A program made the position numbers and the translations under genes. Of a stretch of 64,000 bases of DNA, positions 52,537 to 61,959 are shown one piece after another; within the stretch, counting starts at the first letter, position 1, and every line of letters starts with the position of its first letter. The notes under the pieces were generated by a model. It searched no databases. It was given only the letters and a program-made list of their open reading frames with translations, and was not told the DNA's origin. This stretch comes from Candidatus Woesearchaeota archaeon (lineage in GTDB: Archaea > Nanobdellota > Nanobdellia > Woesearchaeales > JAFGPW01), in contig JAFGPW010000004.1 in the NCBI GenBank assembly GCA_016935985.1, positions 152,752 to 216,751 of the forward strand. Reading direction: 5' to 3'.

Positions 52537-53258
52537 AAGCCGGGAAGAAGGGCGAGGTGAAGGAAGGGCGTCCTGAAGAGAAGGATGAGAAGGCCACCGG
52601 GAAAGGCGATACCAATCTCTACCTGCTCGGAGGGACGATCGTCGTCGTGATCCTCGCCATCGCGGGCGTCGCCTGGTACGCGATGACCCATCAGGAGCCC
52701 CAGACCATCAACGACCGTTTCCAGGAGCTTGAGGAGGAGGGCCCGGCAGCGGTCGACGATGACAACCTCATCTACAACAACTTCGTGTTCATCAGGTACG
52801 ACGGCCTCTGGTACACGAAGGTGCGGACCCAGAGCGCGGAGTATGAGATCCCGCTCCACTTCAGCCCGCCCGAGGTGATGGATGTCCCGGTGACCGGCGA
52901 CATCATGCGATTCTTCCGCGACAGCCACCAGCTGTGGGGCGGGCGCGCCTTCATCACCTTCGATCCTGCCGCGACCGACCTCTCCTATGTCGCGCTCGCG
53001 AACGGCGAGCTCTCGATGAGCCTTATCAAGGCGATCGAGATACGGCTGTTTGCCGCGTGCACCGAGAACATCACCGGCATCTGCCAGACGGTCCCGACCG
53101 TCACCTGCGGGACCAATCGGACGGTCATCTACCTCAAGCAGGACCCGGAGACAGCGGTCATCGTCGACGGCAGCTGCCTGATTCTGCAGGGCGCAGGACC
53201 GGGGCTCGTCAAGGCGGTCGACCGGGTCCTCTACACGATCTACGGCATCATGCCCTAG
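52533..53258 (+). CDS. Hypothetical N-terminally anchored extracytoplasmic protein (four Cys in the C-terminal half)
   Basis: A charged N-terminus then a TM helix, with the start overlapping the upstream stop (ATGA). Confidence 0.4.
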   Translation: MKAGKKGEVKEGRPEEKDEKATGKGDTNLYLLGGTIVVVILAIAGVAWYAMTHQEPQTINDRFQELEEEGPAAVDDDNLIYNNFVFIRYDGLWYTKVRTQSAEYEIPLHFSPPEVMDVPVTGDIMRFFRDSHQLWGGRAFITFDPAATDLSYVALANGELSMSLIKAIEIRLFAACTENITGICQTVPTVTCGTNRTVIYLKQDPETAVIVDGSCLILQGAGPGLVKAVDRVLYTIYGIMP

Positions 53259-53262
53259 GACG

Positions 53263-53856
53263 ATGGCGCATTACTTCTCCCCCAAGCAGGACTCGGAACT
53301 GCGGACGAGGGAGTTCAGGGTGCGGCTACGGGGGGAGGGGATAACGCTCTTAGCGGGGTCGGGAGTCTTCTCGATGCACAGGGTCGATCCCGGCTCGAGG
53401 CTCCTCATCGAGAGCGCGGAGATACGGCCCGGCACGCGCGTCCTCGACCTCGGTTGCGGTTATGGGCCGATGGGGATCGCGATCGCGAGGGCGTTCCCGG
53501 ATTGCGAGGTCGTGATGACCGACGTGAACGAGCGGGCGGTAGCGCTCGCGAGGAAGAACGCGAAGCTGAACCGGATCGAAGCGACGATTCTCTCAGGCGA
53601 CGGTTTCGCGAAGGTCGAGGGACCGTTCGACGCCATCCTCCTCAACCCGCCGCAGTCGGCCGGAAAGGAGGTCTGCTTCTCGCTCATCGGTCAGGCGAAG
53701 GGGTTCTTGAGGAAGGGAGGCACGCTGCAGGTCGTCGCGCGCCACAACAAGGGCGGCAAGACGCTCTCTGCGAAGATGGGGGAGGTCTTCGGCGACGTGC
53801 GCGACGTCGCGAAGTCCGGCGGCTACAGGGTCTATATATCCGAGAAGTCACGGTAG
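53263..53856 (+). CDS. Class I SAM-dependent methyltransferase (RsmC/RlmG-like small-domain MTase)
   Basis: SAM motif I VLDLGCGYGPMG, acidic motif II (MTDVN) and the NPP substrate motif (ILLNPPQ). Confidence 0.75.
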   Translation: MAHYFSPKQDSELRTREFRVRLRGEGITLLAGSGVFSMHRVDPGSRLLIESAEIRPGTRVLDLGCGYGPMGIAIARAFPDCEVVMTDVNERAVALARKNAKLNRIEATILSGDGFAKVEGPFDAILLNPPQSAGKEVCFSLIGQAKGFLRKGGTLQVVARHNKGGKTLSAKMGEVFGDVRDVAKSGGYRVYISEKSR

Positions 53857-54489
53857 GGCGTCATACCCCGGCTTCCAAGGGATGCCGCCCTTCTTGAACT
53901 CTGCCTTCAGCTTGCGCTTGAGGACCTTGAGCATCCCTCCCAGTTCAGGGAAGGCCTTGACCGCGTCGTCGGCGTAGTTGGCTATGAATTCCGGCTTGTC
54001 GTAGATGGTATGGCCGGTCTCATAGAGCTGGGTGGTCGTCTCGATCTTGTCAAGAGCGTTCACGAAGCGGGCCTCAGGCGATTCCTGACGCGCGTATTCG
54101 TCCCACAGGGAAGAGAGCTCTGCCGCCGATCTCGGCGGGAGCAGCCCGCGAAGGGTGGCAATCGCCTCGGCTTCGAGCGCACGCTTCCGCTCGCGGGAGA
54201 ATGACCCCTCATAGAACTTGATAGCGTCGATGTCGCCGGTGATGGCTTCCGGAAGGTCATGGATGAGGGCGAGCTTCATCGTGCGCAGCACATCGACCTG
54301 CAGGCTGAGCTCCTCTGCGACGACAAAGGAGGTGAGCGCAAGGCGCCATGAGTGCTCGGCGCTCGACTCCTTCCGTCCTGAGGTGGTGGAGGAATACCTG
54401 AGCGTGGACTTGAGGCTCTCGATAGTATGGAGGAATGAGAATATCCGCCCGAGGGTCTGCTCGGTGACGGCAGGGTCGGTGCCTGGCAT
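53848..54489 (-). CDS. HD-domain phosphohydrolase (YfbR-like 5'-deoxynucleotidase family)
   Basis: The motifs H..R..HD (AEHSWRLAL ... IHDLPEAITGD). Confidence 0.7.
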   Translation of the reverse strand: MPGTDPAVTEQTLGRIFSFLHTIESLKSTLRYSSTTSGRKESSAEHSWRLALTSFVVAEELSLQVDVLRTMKLALIHDLPEAITGDIDAIKFYEGSFSRERKRALEAEAIATLRGLLPPRSAAELSSLWDEYARQESPEARFVNALDKIETTTQLYETGHTIYDKPEFIANYADDAVKAFPELGGMLKVLKRKLKAEFKKGGIPWKPGYDALP

Positions 54490-54496
54490 GCTGCCG

Positions 54497-54853
54497 TCAC
54501 ACCTCCCGCGGGCCCTCGTCGGTCATCCCGACGAGGCGGAACCCGACACCGAGCCGCATCACCGCCGAGAGCACCGCCATATGCTCCTTCCCGGTGCCGC
54601 TCGCGAGGTTGATGCCGACCTCAGTTCCGAGGACCCGGCCTTTGAGCGCCTTGCGGATGTCATCGACGAGCGCGGGCAACGGCTTTGAGGGGTCGATGAT
54701 CACGAGCGTCACGCTCTTGCCGCTCGAGAACTTCTCTTTTCCGAACTCGTTCGTGATCAGGAATATCTGGTCCCACCCGATGCCGTCGATCACCCGGGCG
54801 ACGTCGCCCCAGGTGCCCTTGCCGGTCGAGAGGCAGGCGATGAGGTCGGTCAT
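54497..54853 (-). CDS. Hypothetical 118-aa protein
   Basis: An ORF in an operon-like array with the HD and acidic-repeat genes; no motif recognised. Confidence 0.35.
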   Translation of the reverse strand: MTDLIACLSTGKGTWGDVARVIDGIGWDQIFLITNEFGKEKFSSGKSVTLVIIDPSKPLPALVDDIRKALKGRVLGTEVGINLASGTGKEHMAVLSAVMRLGVGFRLVGMTDEGPREV

Positions 54854-54925
54854 GGGGCCGGATAGTGAAGGGGATTATATAAAAGTTTAGAATAGGGAAA
54901 AAGGAGAAAAAAAGGAAGAAGGGGT

Positions 54926-56050
54926 TCAGCGGACCCCGAGCCTGCGGCACTCCGTCTTGACGTCGTCCTCGTAGTCCTCGGCGTCCTCGAGGTCATCCTC
55001 GAGATCCTCGAGGTCATCCTCGAGATCCTCGAGATCCTCTTCCTCATTGTCGAGGTCATCCTCGGCGCTCTCGAGCTCATCCTCGGCGTCCTCGAGGTCA
55101 TCCTCGAGGTCGCGGATCTCGTCGGCGTCAGTCGCGTTCGCGAGCAGCGCCTCGATCCCCGAGACCTCGTATTCCCAGTAGTTCACGTCGTCCTGGGCAG
55201 CATCGATGTCTTCCTCCTGGTCCTCAATGTCGTCCTCGGTGGTGTCGATGTCGTCCTCGAGGTCCTCGACAAGCTGACCGGCGTCGCGGATTGCCTGCGG
55301 GCAGGCCGCTGCGGTGAGCTCGGAGACGGTGAGGTAGGCCGCCGTCCCGCTGGCGCCGGGCGAGGTGTAGCCGCGCTCGAGCACCTTGCAGACCGCCTCG
55401 ATGTCGTCGATCAGGTCCTCCTGGTCCCCGATGTCGTCCTGGATGTCATCGAGGTTGTCCTCCTCGTCCTCCAGATCGTCCTCCAGATCGTCGAGCTCGT
55501 CCTCCCACTCCTCGAGGTCGTCGCGGAGCCGCTCCCGCTCGTCGGGGTCGGTCTCGTTCGCGAGCAGCGACTGCAGGCGGCCAATCTCATCCTCGGCGTC
55601 CTGGATGTCGCGCTCGATGTCCTTGATGTCGTCCTTGGAAGTGTCCTCGTCGTCCTCGAGGTCCTCGAGGTCGTTCTCGGCGTTCCTCAGCTCCTGGTCG
55701 CAGTTGACGGCGGTGAGCGTGAGCTCCTCGCCGCGGTAGGTGATGATGGTCTGGGAAGGGATGTCCGATTCCTCCTCAGGCTCTTCTTCTTCCTCAGGCT
55801 CCTGGAAGGGGACTGGCTCCTGCTCTTCAGGCTCCTCCTCAGGCTGCGCAGCGAAGACCTCATACTTCACCACGGTCGGCTGCTGCGTGTACTGGAGCTG
55901 CGAACCGGTCGGCATGGTCGTTACGTACGAGCCGGTGACCGAGGCTGTCCCGCCCTCGAACTCGAGCAGCTGCTGGACCGTGAAGTAGCCGAGGCCCAGC
56001 ACGATGATTATCAAAATGACCAACAGAATCGTCAAGAGTGCTTTCTTCAT
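54926..56050 (-). CDS. N-terminally membrane-anchored, extremely acidic repeat protein (LEDLEDD/DDLEDxEDEL repeats; internally duplicated ~115-aa module containing a Cys and a LLAN(E/A)TD(P/A)DE motif)
   Basis: A TM helix MKKALLTILLVILIIIVLGLGYF followed by >45% D+E. DNA-level tandem repeats gaggtcatcctcgagatcctc are visible. Confidence 0.5.
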   Translation of the reverse strand: MKKALLTILLVILIIIVLGLGYFTVQQLLEFEGGTASVTGSYVTTMPTGSQLQYTQQPTVVKYEVFAAQPEEEPEEQEPVPFQEPEEEEEPEEESDIPSQTIITYRGEELTLTAVNCDQELRNAENDLEDLEDDEDTSKDDIKDIERDIQDAEDEIGRLQSLLANETDPDERERLRDDLEEWEDELDDLEDDLEDEEDNLDDIQDDIGDQEDLIDDIEAVCKVLERGYTSPGASGTAAYLTVSELTAAACPQAIRDAGQLVEDLEDDIDTTEDDIEDQEEDIDAAQDDVNYWEYEVSGIEALLANATDADEIRDLEDDLEDAEDELESAEDDLDNEEEDLEDLEDDLEDLEDDLEDAEDYEDDVKTECRRLGVR

Positions 56051-56140
56051 TGTTCATCCACCCCTAAGTGTTGATGCCAGGCCGGATACACGCTCCTGTC
56101 ATATATAAATTTTACTATTTTAAAGAAGTAAAAAATCTGG

Positions 56141-56581
56141 CTAGTCGGAAGACGCGTCCTTGATCTCCTTGAGCGTGAGCCTGAAGTGCAGGGTCTTGCC
56201 AGCGAGCGGGTGGTTGAGGTCGATCGTCACCTTGGCATCGTCCGCCTTCATGATGCGCGCGGGGATGATCTGGCCGTTCGGCGCCTTGAGCGCGAGGACG
56301 ACGCCTTCCTTCACCTCGATCTGAGCGGGGACCGCATCGCGTGGGACCTCTTGGGTAAGCCTCTCGTCACGCTCGCCGTAGGCCTTCTCAGGCGGGAGCG
56401 TGATCTCCGTCGACCCTCCAGGCTCAAGAGACAAGACCGCCTCCTCGAACCCGGGGATGACCGCGTTCGCGCCGAGCGGGAACTCGATCGGATCCTTGCC
56501 GTCGGTGGTGTCGAACATCGTACCGTCGTCGAGCGTCCCGACATACTCGACAACAGCCACCTTCTTCGTCTCTTCAGCCAT
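56141..56581 (-). CDS. slyD: FKBP-type peptidyl-prolyl cis-trans isomerase (SlyD-like with an IF insert)
   Basis: FKBP motifs (VEYVGTLDDGTMFDTT, AVIPGFEEAVLSLEPG) and ~147 aa. The ORF-track upstream extension is rejected. Confidence 0.75.
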   Translation of the reverse strand: MAEETKKVAVVEYVGTLDDGTMFDTTDGKDPIEFPLGANAVIPGFEEAVLSLEPGGSTEITLPPEKAYGERDERLTQEVPRDAVPAQIEVKEGVVLALKAPNGQIIPARIMKADDAKVTIDLNHPLAGKTLHFRLTLKEIKDASSD

Positions 56582-56741
56582 CGTGATAGACCTCCCCGGC
56601 ACAGGTGAGCCAGCGCCGTATCCCTCATTGGGCGAGAATATGGTGCAGAGCCGTATACGTGCCGCGAATGGGCCATCATATTTAAAGCTACCCCATCGGT
56701 GCACCGCAAACGATAAATACACGGCCGGGTTCCTGCAGGTC

Positions 56742-57314
56742 ATGTTCTCCCTCGCCGAGACCATCGACCTCGTCATCATGACCGTGTTCGTTGGATTCAT
56801 CTTCTCAGGGGTCTTCACGCGTCCTGACCGCCGCGAGCTCGATGTCATGGCGATGTACCGGAAGCGGCGTTTCGACTGGGACGGCTTCACGACCGCGGTC
56901 ATCATCACCGCCCCCGCCATAATCCTCCATGAGATGGGGCACAAGTTCGTCGCGATCGGCTTTGGCCTGAACGCGGTTTTCCACGCCTCCTACACCTGGC
57001 TTGGCCTCGGCGTGCTGCTCAGGCTCCTCAATTTCGGCTTCATCTTCTTCGTCCCCGGCTACGTCTCGATACCTCTTCTCGGAAGCCCGCTCCAGCACGC
57101 GGCAATCGCGTTCGCAGGCCCAGGCATCAACCTGCTCATCTGGCTCATCGCGTTCGCCGTGCTCAAGTCAGGGGTCTCGCTCTCGCGAAACGGAAGGTAT
57201 ATCCTCACGGTCACCAAGCAAATCAACCTCTTCCTCTTCTTCTTCAACATGATCCCGATCCCGCCGTTCGACGGGTTCTCGGTCTTCTCGTCGCTGTGGC
57301 GCGCGGTCGCCTGA
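56742..57314 (+). CDS. Small intramembrane metalloprotease, peptidase M50 (S2P)-like
   Basis: HExxH in a TM helix (ILHEMGHKFVA), a downstream ligand Asp (FFNMIPIPPFDG), and TATA-like boxes at ~56680 and ~56712. Confidence 0.6.
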   Translation: MFSLAETIDLVIMTVFVGFIFSGVFTRPDRRELDVMAMYRKRRFDWDGFTTAVIITAPAIILHEMGHKFVAIGFGLNAVFHASYTWLGLGVLLRLLNFGFIFFVPGYVSIPLLGSPLQHAAIAFAGPGINLLIWLIAFAVLKSGVSLSRNGRYILTVTKQINLFLFFFNMIPIPPFDGFSVFSSLWRAVA

Positions 57315-57404
57315 GCGACGGGCCTCGACGCGCCATCCACCCTATGCCAACATATAGGTTCCGGGCGAGAAATGCATAAATATATCCCAGCATGCCGTCA
57401 GGAA

Positions 57405-59057
57405 ATGCCCCACAGAAAGACGCGGTACATAGTCGTCACCGGCGGCGTGCTCTCCGGATTGGGGAAGGGCGTCGTCGTCTCCTCGATCGGCAGGATACTC
57501 TCGTTTCTCGGCTATAAGGTGACGGGCGTCAAGATAGACCCGTACATCAACATGGACGCCGGCACCATGCGCCCGACCGAGCACGGCGAGGTGTTCGTGA
57601 CGTACGACGGCGGCGAGACCGACCAGGATATCGGGACGTACGAGCGCTTCTTCGCGGGCAGGCTCTCCCGCACGGCGAATATCACGACCGGCCAGGTCTA
57701 CGATACGGTGATCAGGCGCGAGCGGAACCTCGAGTACGCCGGGAAGTGCGTCGAGGTCATCCCTCACATCCCCGAGGAGGTGCGCAGGCGCATCTACGGC
57801 GCGGCGAGGGCGAACGACGCCGACTTCGTGGTCATCGAGATCGGCGGAACGGTAGGCGATTATCAGAACGTCCTCTTCCTCGAGGCGGCGCGCCACATGA
57901 AGATCACGCGGAACAATGTCGTGTTCGTGCACGTCGTCTATCTCCCGGTGCCGAACAACATCGGCGAGATGAAGACGAAGCCGGCGCAGCACTCGGTCAG
58001 GCAGCTGATGGAGAACGGCATCCAGCCCGACTTCCTCGTCGCGCGCTCGAGCAGGCCGGTGGACGAGATCAGGAAGGAGAAGCTCTCGATATTCTGCAAC
58101 ACGCCGAAGGGGAACGTGATATCCGCGCCGGACGTCGAGTCCATCTACGAGCTCCCGCTCATCTTCCTCGGCCAGGGCTTCCACACGAGCCTGCTCAAGA
58201 AGTTCCATGCCTCCCTGCGCCCGCTGAGGAGCGCCGAGGTCGCCTCGTGGAAGCGCCTCGTCAGGCGAATCAAGACCGTGAAGGATGAGGTCACTGTCGG
58301 CATCATCGGCAAGTACTTCGACATCGGCGACTTCACGCTCGAGGATTCCTATGTCTCGGTCATCGAGGCGGTCAAGCACGCCGCCTGGCACTGCGGCATG
58401 AGGCCGGTGGTACGATGGATCGACTCCAAGGCGTATGAGAAGAGCCGGGCGAGGCTCTCTGAGCTCGATGGGTGCGACGCGGTCATCGTCCCCGGCGGCT
58501 TCGGCGCGAGCGGGGTGGAAGGGAAGATCATGGCGATCACGTACGCCCGGGAGAAGCGCATCCCCTACCTCGGCCTGTGCTATGGCATGCAGCTCGCGGT
58601 TGTCGAGTACGCGCGTCATGCGGCAGGGCTCAAGGGAGCGCACACGACCGAGATCGACCCCAAGACCCGGCACCCGGTGATCGATATCCTTCCTGAGCAA
58701 AAGGAGCTGCTCGCGAAGAGCGACTACGGCGCGACCATGCGGCTCGGCGAGTATCCGGCGCGGCTCGCCGAGGGGACGCTCGTCCGGCGGCTCTACGGAA
58801 AGCCCCTCGTGCATGAGCGGCACCGCCACCGCTATGAGGTCAATCCTGACTACATCGGCCGCCTCGAGGCGGCAGGCCTCGTCTTCTCGGGCAAATCCCC
58901 AGACCGGACGCTCATGGAGTTCATGGAGATCCCGGACCATCCCTACTTCATCGGGACCCAGGCGCATCCTGAGTTCACCTCCCGGCCGATGCGGCCGAAC
59001 CCCCTCTTCTTCGGGCTGCTCCAGGCAGCGAAAAGCCGCAGGCGATCCCGCCGGTAA
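57405..59057 (+). CDS. pyrG: CTP synthase
   Basis: N-terminal YIVVTGGV.SGLGKG, a synthetase domain and a C-terminal glutamine amidotransferase domain (GLCYGMQ, HRHRYE). A TATA box (gcataaatata) lies ~25 nt upstream. Confidence 0.9.
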   Translation: MPHRKTRYIVVTGGVLSGLGKGVVVSSIGRILSFLGYKVTGVKIDPYINMDAGTMRPTEHGEVFVTYDGGETDQDIGTYERFFAGRLSRTANITTGQVYDTVIRRERNLEYAGKCVEVIPHIPEEVRRRIYGAARANDADFVVIEIGGTVGDYQNVLFLEAARHMKITRNNVVFVHVVYLPVPNNIGEMKTKPAQHSVRQLMENGIQPDFLVARSSRPVDEIRKEKLSIFCNTPKGNVISAPDVESIYELPLIFLGQGFHTSLLKKFHASLRPLRSAEVASWKRLVRRIKTVKDEVTVGIIGKYFDIGDFTLEDSYVSVIEAVKHAAWHCGMRPVVRWIDSKAYEKSRARLSELDGCDAVIVPGGFGASGVEGKIMAITYAREKRIPYLGLCYGMQLAVVEYARHAAGLKGAHTTEIDPKTRHPVIDILPEQKELLAKSDYGATMRLGEYPARLAEGTLVRRLYGKPLVHERHRHRYEVNPDYIGRLEAAGLVFSGKSPDRTLMEFMEIPDHPYFIGTQAHPEFTSRPMRPNPLFFGLLQAAKSRRRSRR

Positions 59058-59143
59058 GGCCTCCCCTTCTCCTCGATATCCCTGGCCTGGCATCCTCCCT
59101 GGATACAGTAAGGTTTATAAATGACACCCGGTTCCCTGAGGCC

Positions 59144-60163
59144 ATGTCGAGGAAGTCCCGGTTCAAGCGGATGCTGCGCAGGCAGCAGGAGTATGCCCCG
59201 GCTGATGAGGGGACCGGAGGCGCAGGGCAGACGCCTGATGCGACGCATGAGCATCAGGAGCGCCACGCGCACGCCCGGCGGAGCGAACACGCGGGATTCC
59301 TAGGGTTCTTCGATTCCAATTGGAAGCTGCTCATGACCATCCCGCTCGCTATGCTGATCGTAGCGCTCCTCTTCCTCAGCGCGAAGTTCGCGATGACCGG
59401 TGACGTCATCGACAAGGGAGTCTCGTTGAAGGGAGGGGTCACGATCACCATCGCGGAAATCGGCGACCTGACGGTCCTGACGCTTGAGGAAGGGCTCCGA
59501 TCCCGGTTCGCTGGCTCCGACCTTTCCGTGCGGAGCATAAGCCAGGCGGGGACGCCGATCGGCATCATCATCGAGGCGACCGATATCGATCCCAGAGACC
59601 TCTCGGACCACCTGGAGGGCCGGTACGGCCTCGGGCCTGACAGCTATTCGGTCGAGACCATGGGCTCCTCGCTCGGCGCGTCCTTCTTCAAGGAGACGAT
59701 CATCGCAGTCCTCATCGCCTTCGTCTTCATGGGGATCGTCGTGATCCTCTATTTCAAGAACTTCGTCCCGAGCGTCGCGGTGATCCTCGCGGCGTTCTCG
59801 GACATCGTGGTGACGCTCGCCGTCATCTCCGCCCTCGGAATCAAGCTCTCGACGGGCGGCGTCGCCGCGTTCCTCATGCTGATCGGCTACTCGGTCGACA
59901 CCGACATGCTCCTCACTACCAGAGTGCTCAAGAAGAAGGAGGGAAGCGTCTTCGAGCGCATCCTCGGGGCGGCGAAGACCGGGCTCACCATGAACGTCAC
60001 CACCATGATTGCGATCAGCGTCGCGCTCATATTCACCGACTCTGAGGTCATCGGCCAGATCATGACGATCCTGCTCATCGGCCTCTTCGTCGATATCATC
60101 AACACCTGGATCCAGAACGCAGGGATCCTCCGCTGGTACCTGGAACGGAAGAAGCCGGAGTGA
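59144..60163 (+). CDS. secF: Protein-export membrane protein SecF
   Basis: SecD/F family TM core (six TM helices), a periplasmic-like domain and a K/R-rich N-terminus. A TATA box (gtttataaat) lies ~25 nt upstream. Confidence 0.8.
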   Translation: MSRKSRFKRMLRRQQEYAPADEGTGGAGQTPDATHEHQERHAHARRSEHAGFLGFFDSNWKLLMTIPLAMLIVALLFLSAKFAMTGDVIDKGVSLKGGVTITIAEIGDLTVLTLEEGLRSRFAGSDLSVRSISQAGTPIGIIIEATDIDPRDLSDHLEGRYGLGPDSYSVETMGSSLGASFFKETIIAVLIAFVFMGIVVILYFKNFVPSVAVILAAFSDIVVTLAVISALGIKLSTGGVAAFLMLIGYSVDTDMLLTTRVLKKKEGSVFERILGAAKTGLTMNVTTMIAISVALIFTDSEVIGQIMTILLIGLFVDIINTWIQNAGILRWYLERKKPE

Positions 60164-61905
60164 GGACAAGGACGATGGGAAAGCTCAAGAGGATGCTCAC
60201 GAACGTCAGGGTGATCATACTCCTGATAGCCCTCGTCTTCGCGGTCGTCGCCATCCACCCCAACCCCGACGCGAGCGGCGTCGCGGTGCGCTCGGTCATC
60301 TCGAACAGCTCGGCATCGGTCGCAGGCTTCGTCTCGCCGAAGCCCTCGACGCCGCCCATGTCACGGGAGCTCATCGTCGGGATCGACTCGAAGCCGATCG
60401 AGACCCTGCAGGATTATTACCAAGCGGTCGAGGACTTCGTGCCGAACAGGACCTACCGCCTCAAGACCGCGGCCGAAGCGACCTACCTGGTGACGACGAG
60501 ACCGATAACGGAGACCATCATGCTCAACGAGACCGAGGAGATCGTCCTCCCGGAGATGGTGACCTTCGTCGAGGAGATCGACGGCGAGAACGTCTCGGTG
60601 AACATGACTGTCAATACGACGCTAACGGTCAACAAGACCCTGACACGGGTCATCGGCACGCAGGACATCGGCCTCTCGGTCTACGAGGCCCCGACGACGA
60701 ACCTGCGCAAAGGGCTCGACCTGCAGGGCGGGACGAGGGTGCTCCTCCAGCCCCAGGAGGAGGTGTCGGCGGATGACATGGCGACCATCATCGACAATAT
60801 GAAGGAGCGCCTGAACGTCTTCGGCCTCTCCGACGTCATCGTGCGCGAGGCGCGCGACCTCTCGGGGGACACGTTCATCCTCGTCGAGATCGCGGGAGCG
60901 AACAAGGAAGAGGTCGACGAGCTGCTCGCCAAGCAGGGCAAGTTCGAGGCGACCATCAGGAACGAGACGGTCTTCGTCGGCGGCAGGGACATCACGTATG
61001 TCTGCCGCTCCGCCGACTGCTCGGGGATAGACCCGATGCGCGGCTGCGGCCAGACCGGCGACGGGACTTGGGCATGCAGGTTCCGCTTTTCCATATCGCT
61101 CACGCCGGAAGCCGCGCAGCGCCAGGCCGACCTCACCAAGGACCTGCAGGTGACCACCGAGAACGGCCAGGAATACCTCAACGAGTCGCTCGTGCTGTAT
61201 CTCGACGACCAGGTGGTCGACTCTCTCAACATCGGCGCCGACCTCCGCGGCCGGGCGGTGACCGACATCGAGATCTCAGGGAGCGGTGTGGGATCGAACC
61301 AGCAGGAGGCGACGTTCGACTCGCTCAAGAACATGAAGCGCCTGCAGACAATCCTCATCACCGGGTCGCTCCCCATCAAGCTCGACGTCGTCAAGAGCGA
61401 CAGCATCTCGCCGGTGCTCGGCGGCGAGTTCATCAGGAACGCGCTCCTTGTGGGCGCGCTCGCGATTGTCGCGGTGGCGCTCGTCATATTCGCCCGGTAC
61501 CGCAGGTTCACGGTCGTTATCCCGATCATCATCACCAGCTCATCCGAGATCATCCTCCTGCTCGGCCTCGCCGCGCTCATCGGCTGGAACCTCGACCTCG
61601 CGGCTATCGGCGGCATCATCATCGCTATCGGCACGGGAGTCGACCATCAGATCCTCATCACCGACGAGGTCCTCGCAAAGAGGCGGGAGACGTTCACCAA
61701 CTGGAAGGAACGGATCAGGAACGCCTTCTTCATCATCATGGGCACGTATTTCACCACGCTCGTCGCGATGCTGCCGCTCTGGTTCGCCGGTGCCGGCCTC
61801 CTCAAGGGCTTCGCCATCACCACCATCTTCGGCATCACGTTCGGCGTCTTCATCACCAGGCCCGCGTACGCGGCGGTCATCGAGCTTCTCCTCAAGGAGG
61901 AGTGA
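60160..61905 (+). CDS. secD: Protein-export membrane protein SecD
   Basis: A large extracytoplasmic domain and a C-terminal SecD/F TM core; the start overlaps the secF stop. Confidence 0.8.
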   Translation: MRTRTMGKLKRMLTNVRVIILLIALVFAVVAIHPNPDASGVAVRSVISNSSASVAGFVSPKPSTPPMSRELIVGIDSKPIETLQDYYQAVEDFVPNRTYRLKTAAEATYLVTTRPITETIMLNETEEIVLPEMVTFVEEIDGENVSVNMTVNTTLTVNKTLTRVIGTQDIGLSVYEAPTTNLRKGLDLQGGTRVLLQPQEEVSADDMATIIDNMKERLNVFGLSDVIVREARDLSGDTFILVEIAGANKEEVDELLAKQGKFEATIRNETVFVGGRDITYVCRSADCSGIDPMRGCGQTGDGTWACRFRFSISLTPEAAQRQADLTKDLQVTTENGQEYLNESLVLYLDDQVVDSLNIGADLRGRAVTDIEISGSGVGSNQQEATFDSLKNMKRLQTILITGSLPIKLDVVKSDSISPVLGGEFIRNALLVGALAIVAVALVIFARYRRFTVVIPIIITSSSEIILLLGLAALIGWNLDLAAIGGIIIAIGTGVDHQILITDEVLAKRRETFTNWKERIRNAFFIIMGTYFTTLVAMLPLWFAGAGLLKGFAITTIFGITFGVFITRPAYAAVIELLLKEE

Positions 61906-61959
61906 GCCATCACGCGTCCAGCGCCGTTGCGGCGCCCAACGAGAGAATGAGGTGAGACC

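Noticed and set aside
56141-56944. The 267-aa ORF containing the FKBP domain
   Set aside because: Only the C-terminal 147 aa (from MAEETKK) are FKBP/SlyD-like. The upstream part overlaps the divergent M50 gene's promoter and is Cys/Met/Arg-rich nonsense.
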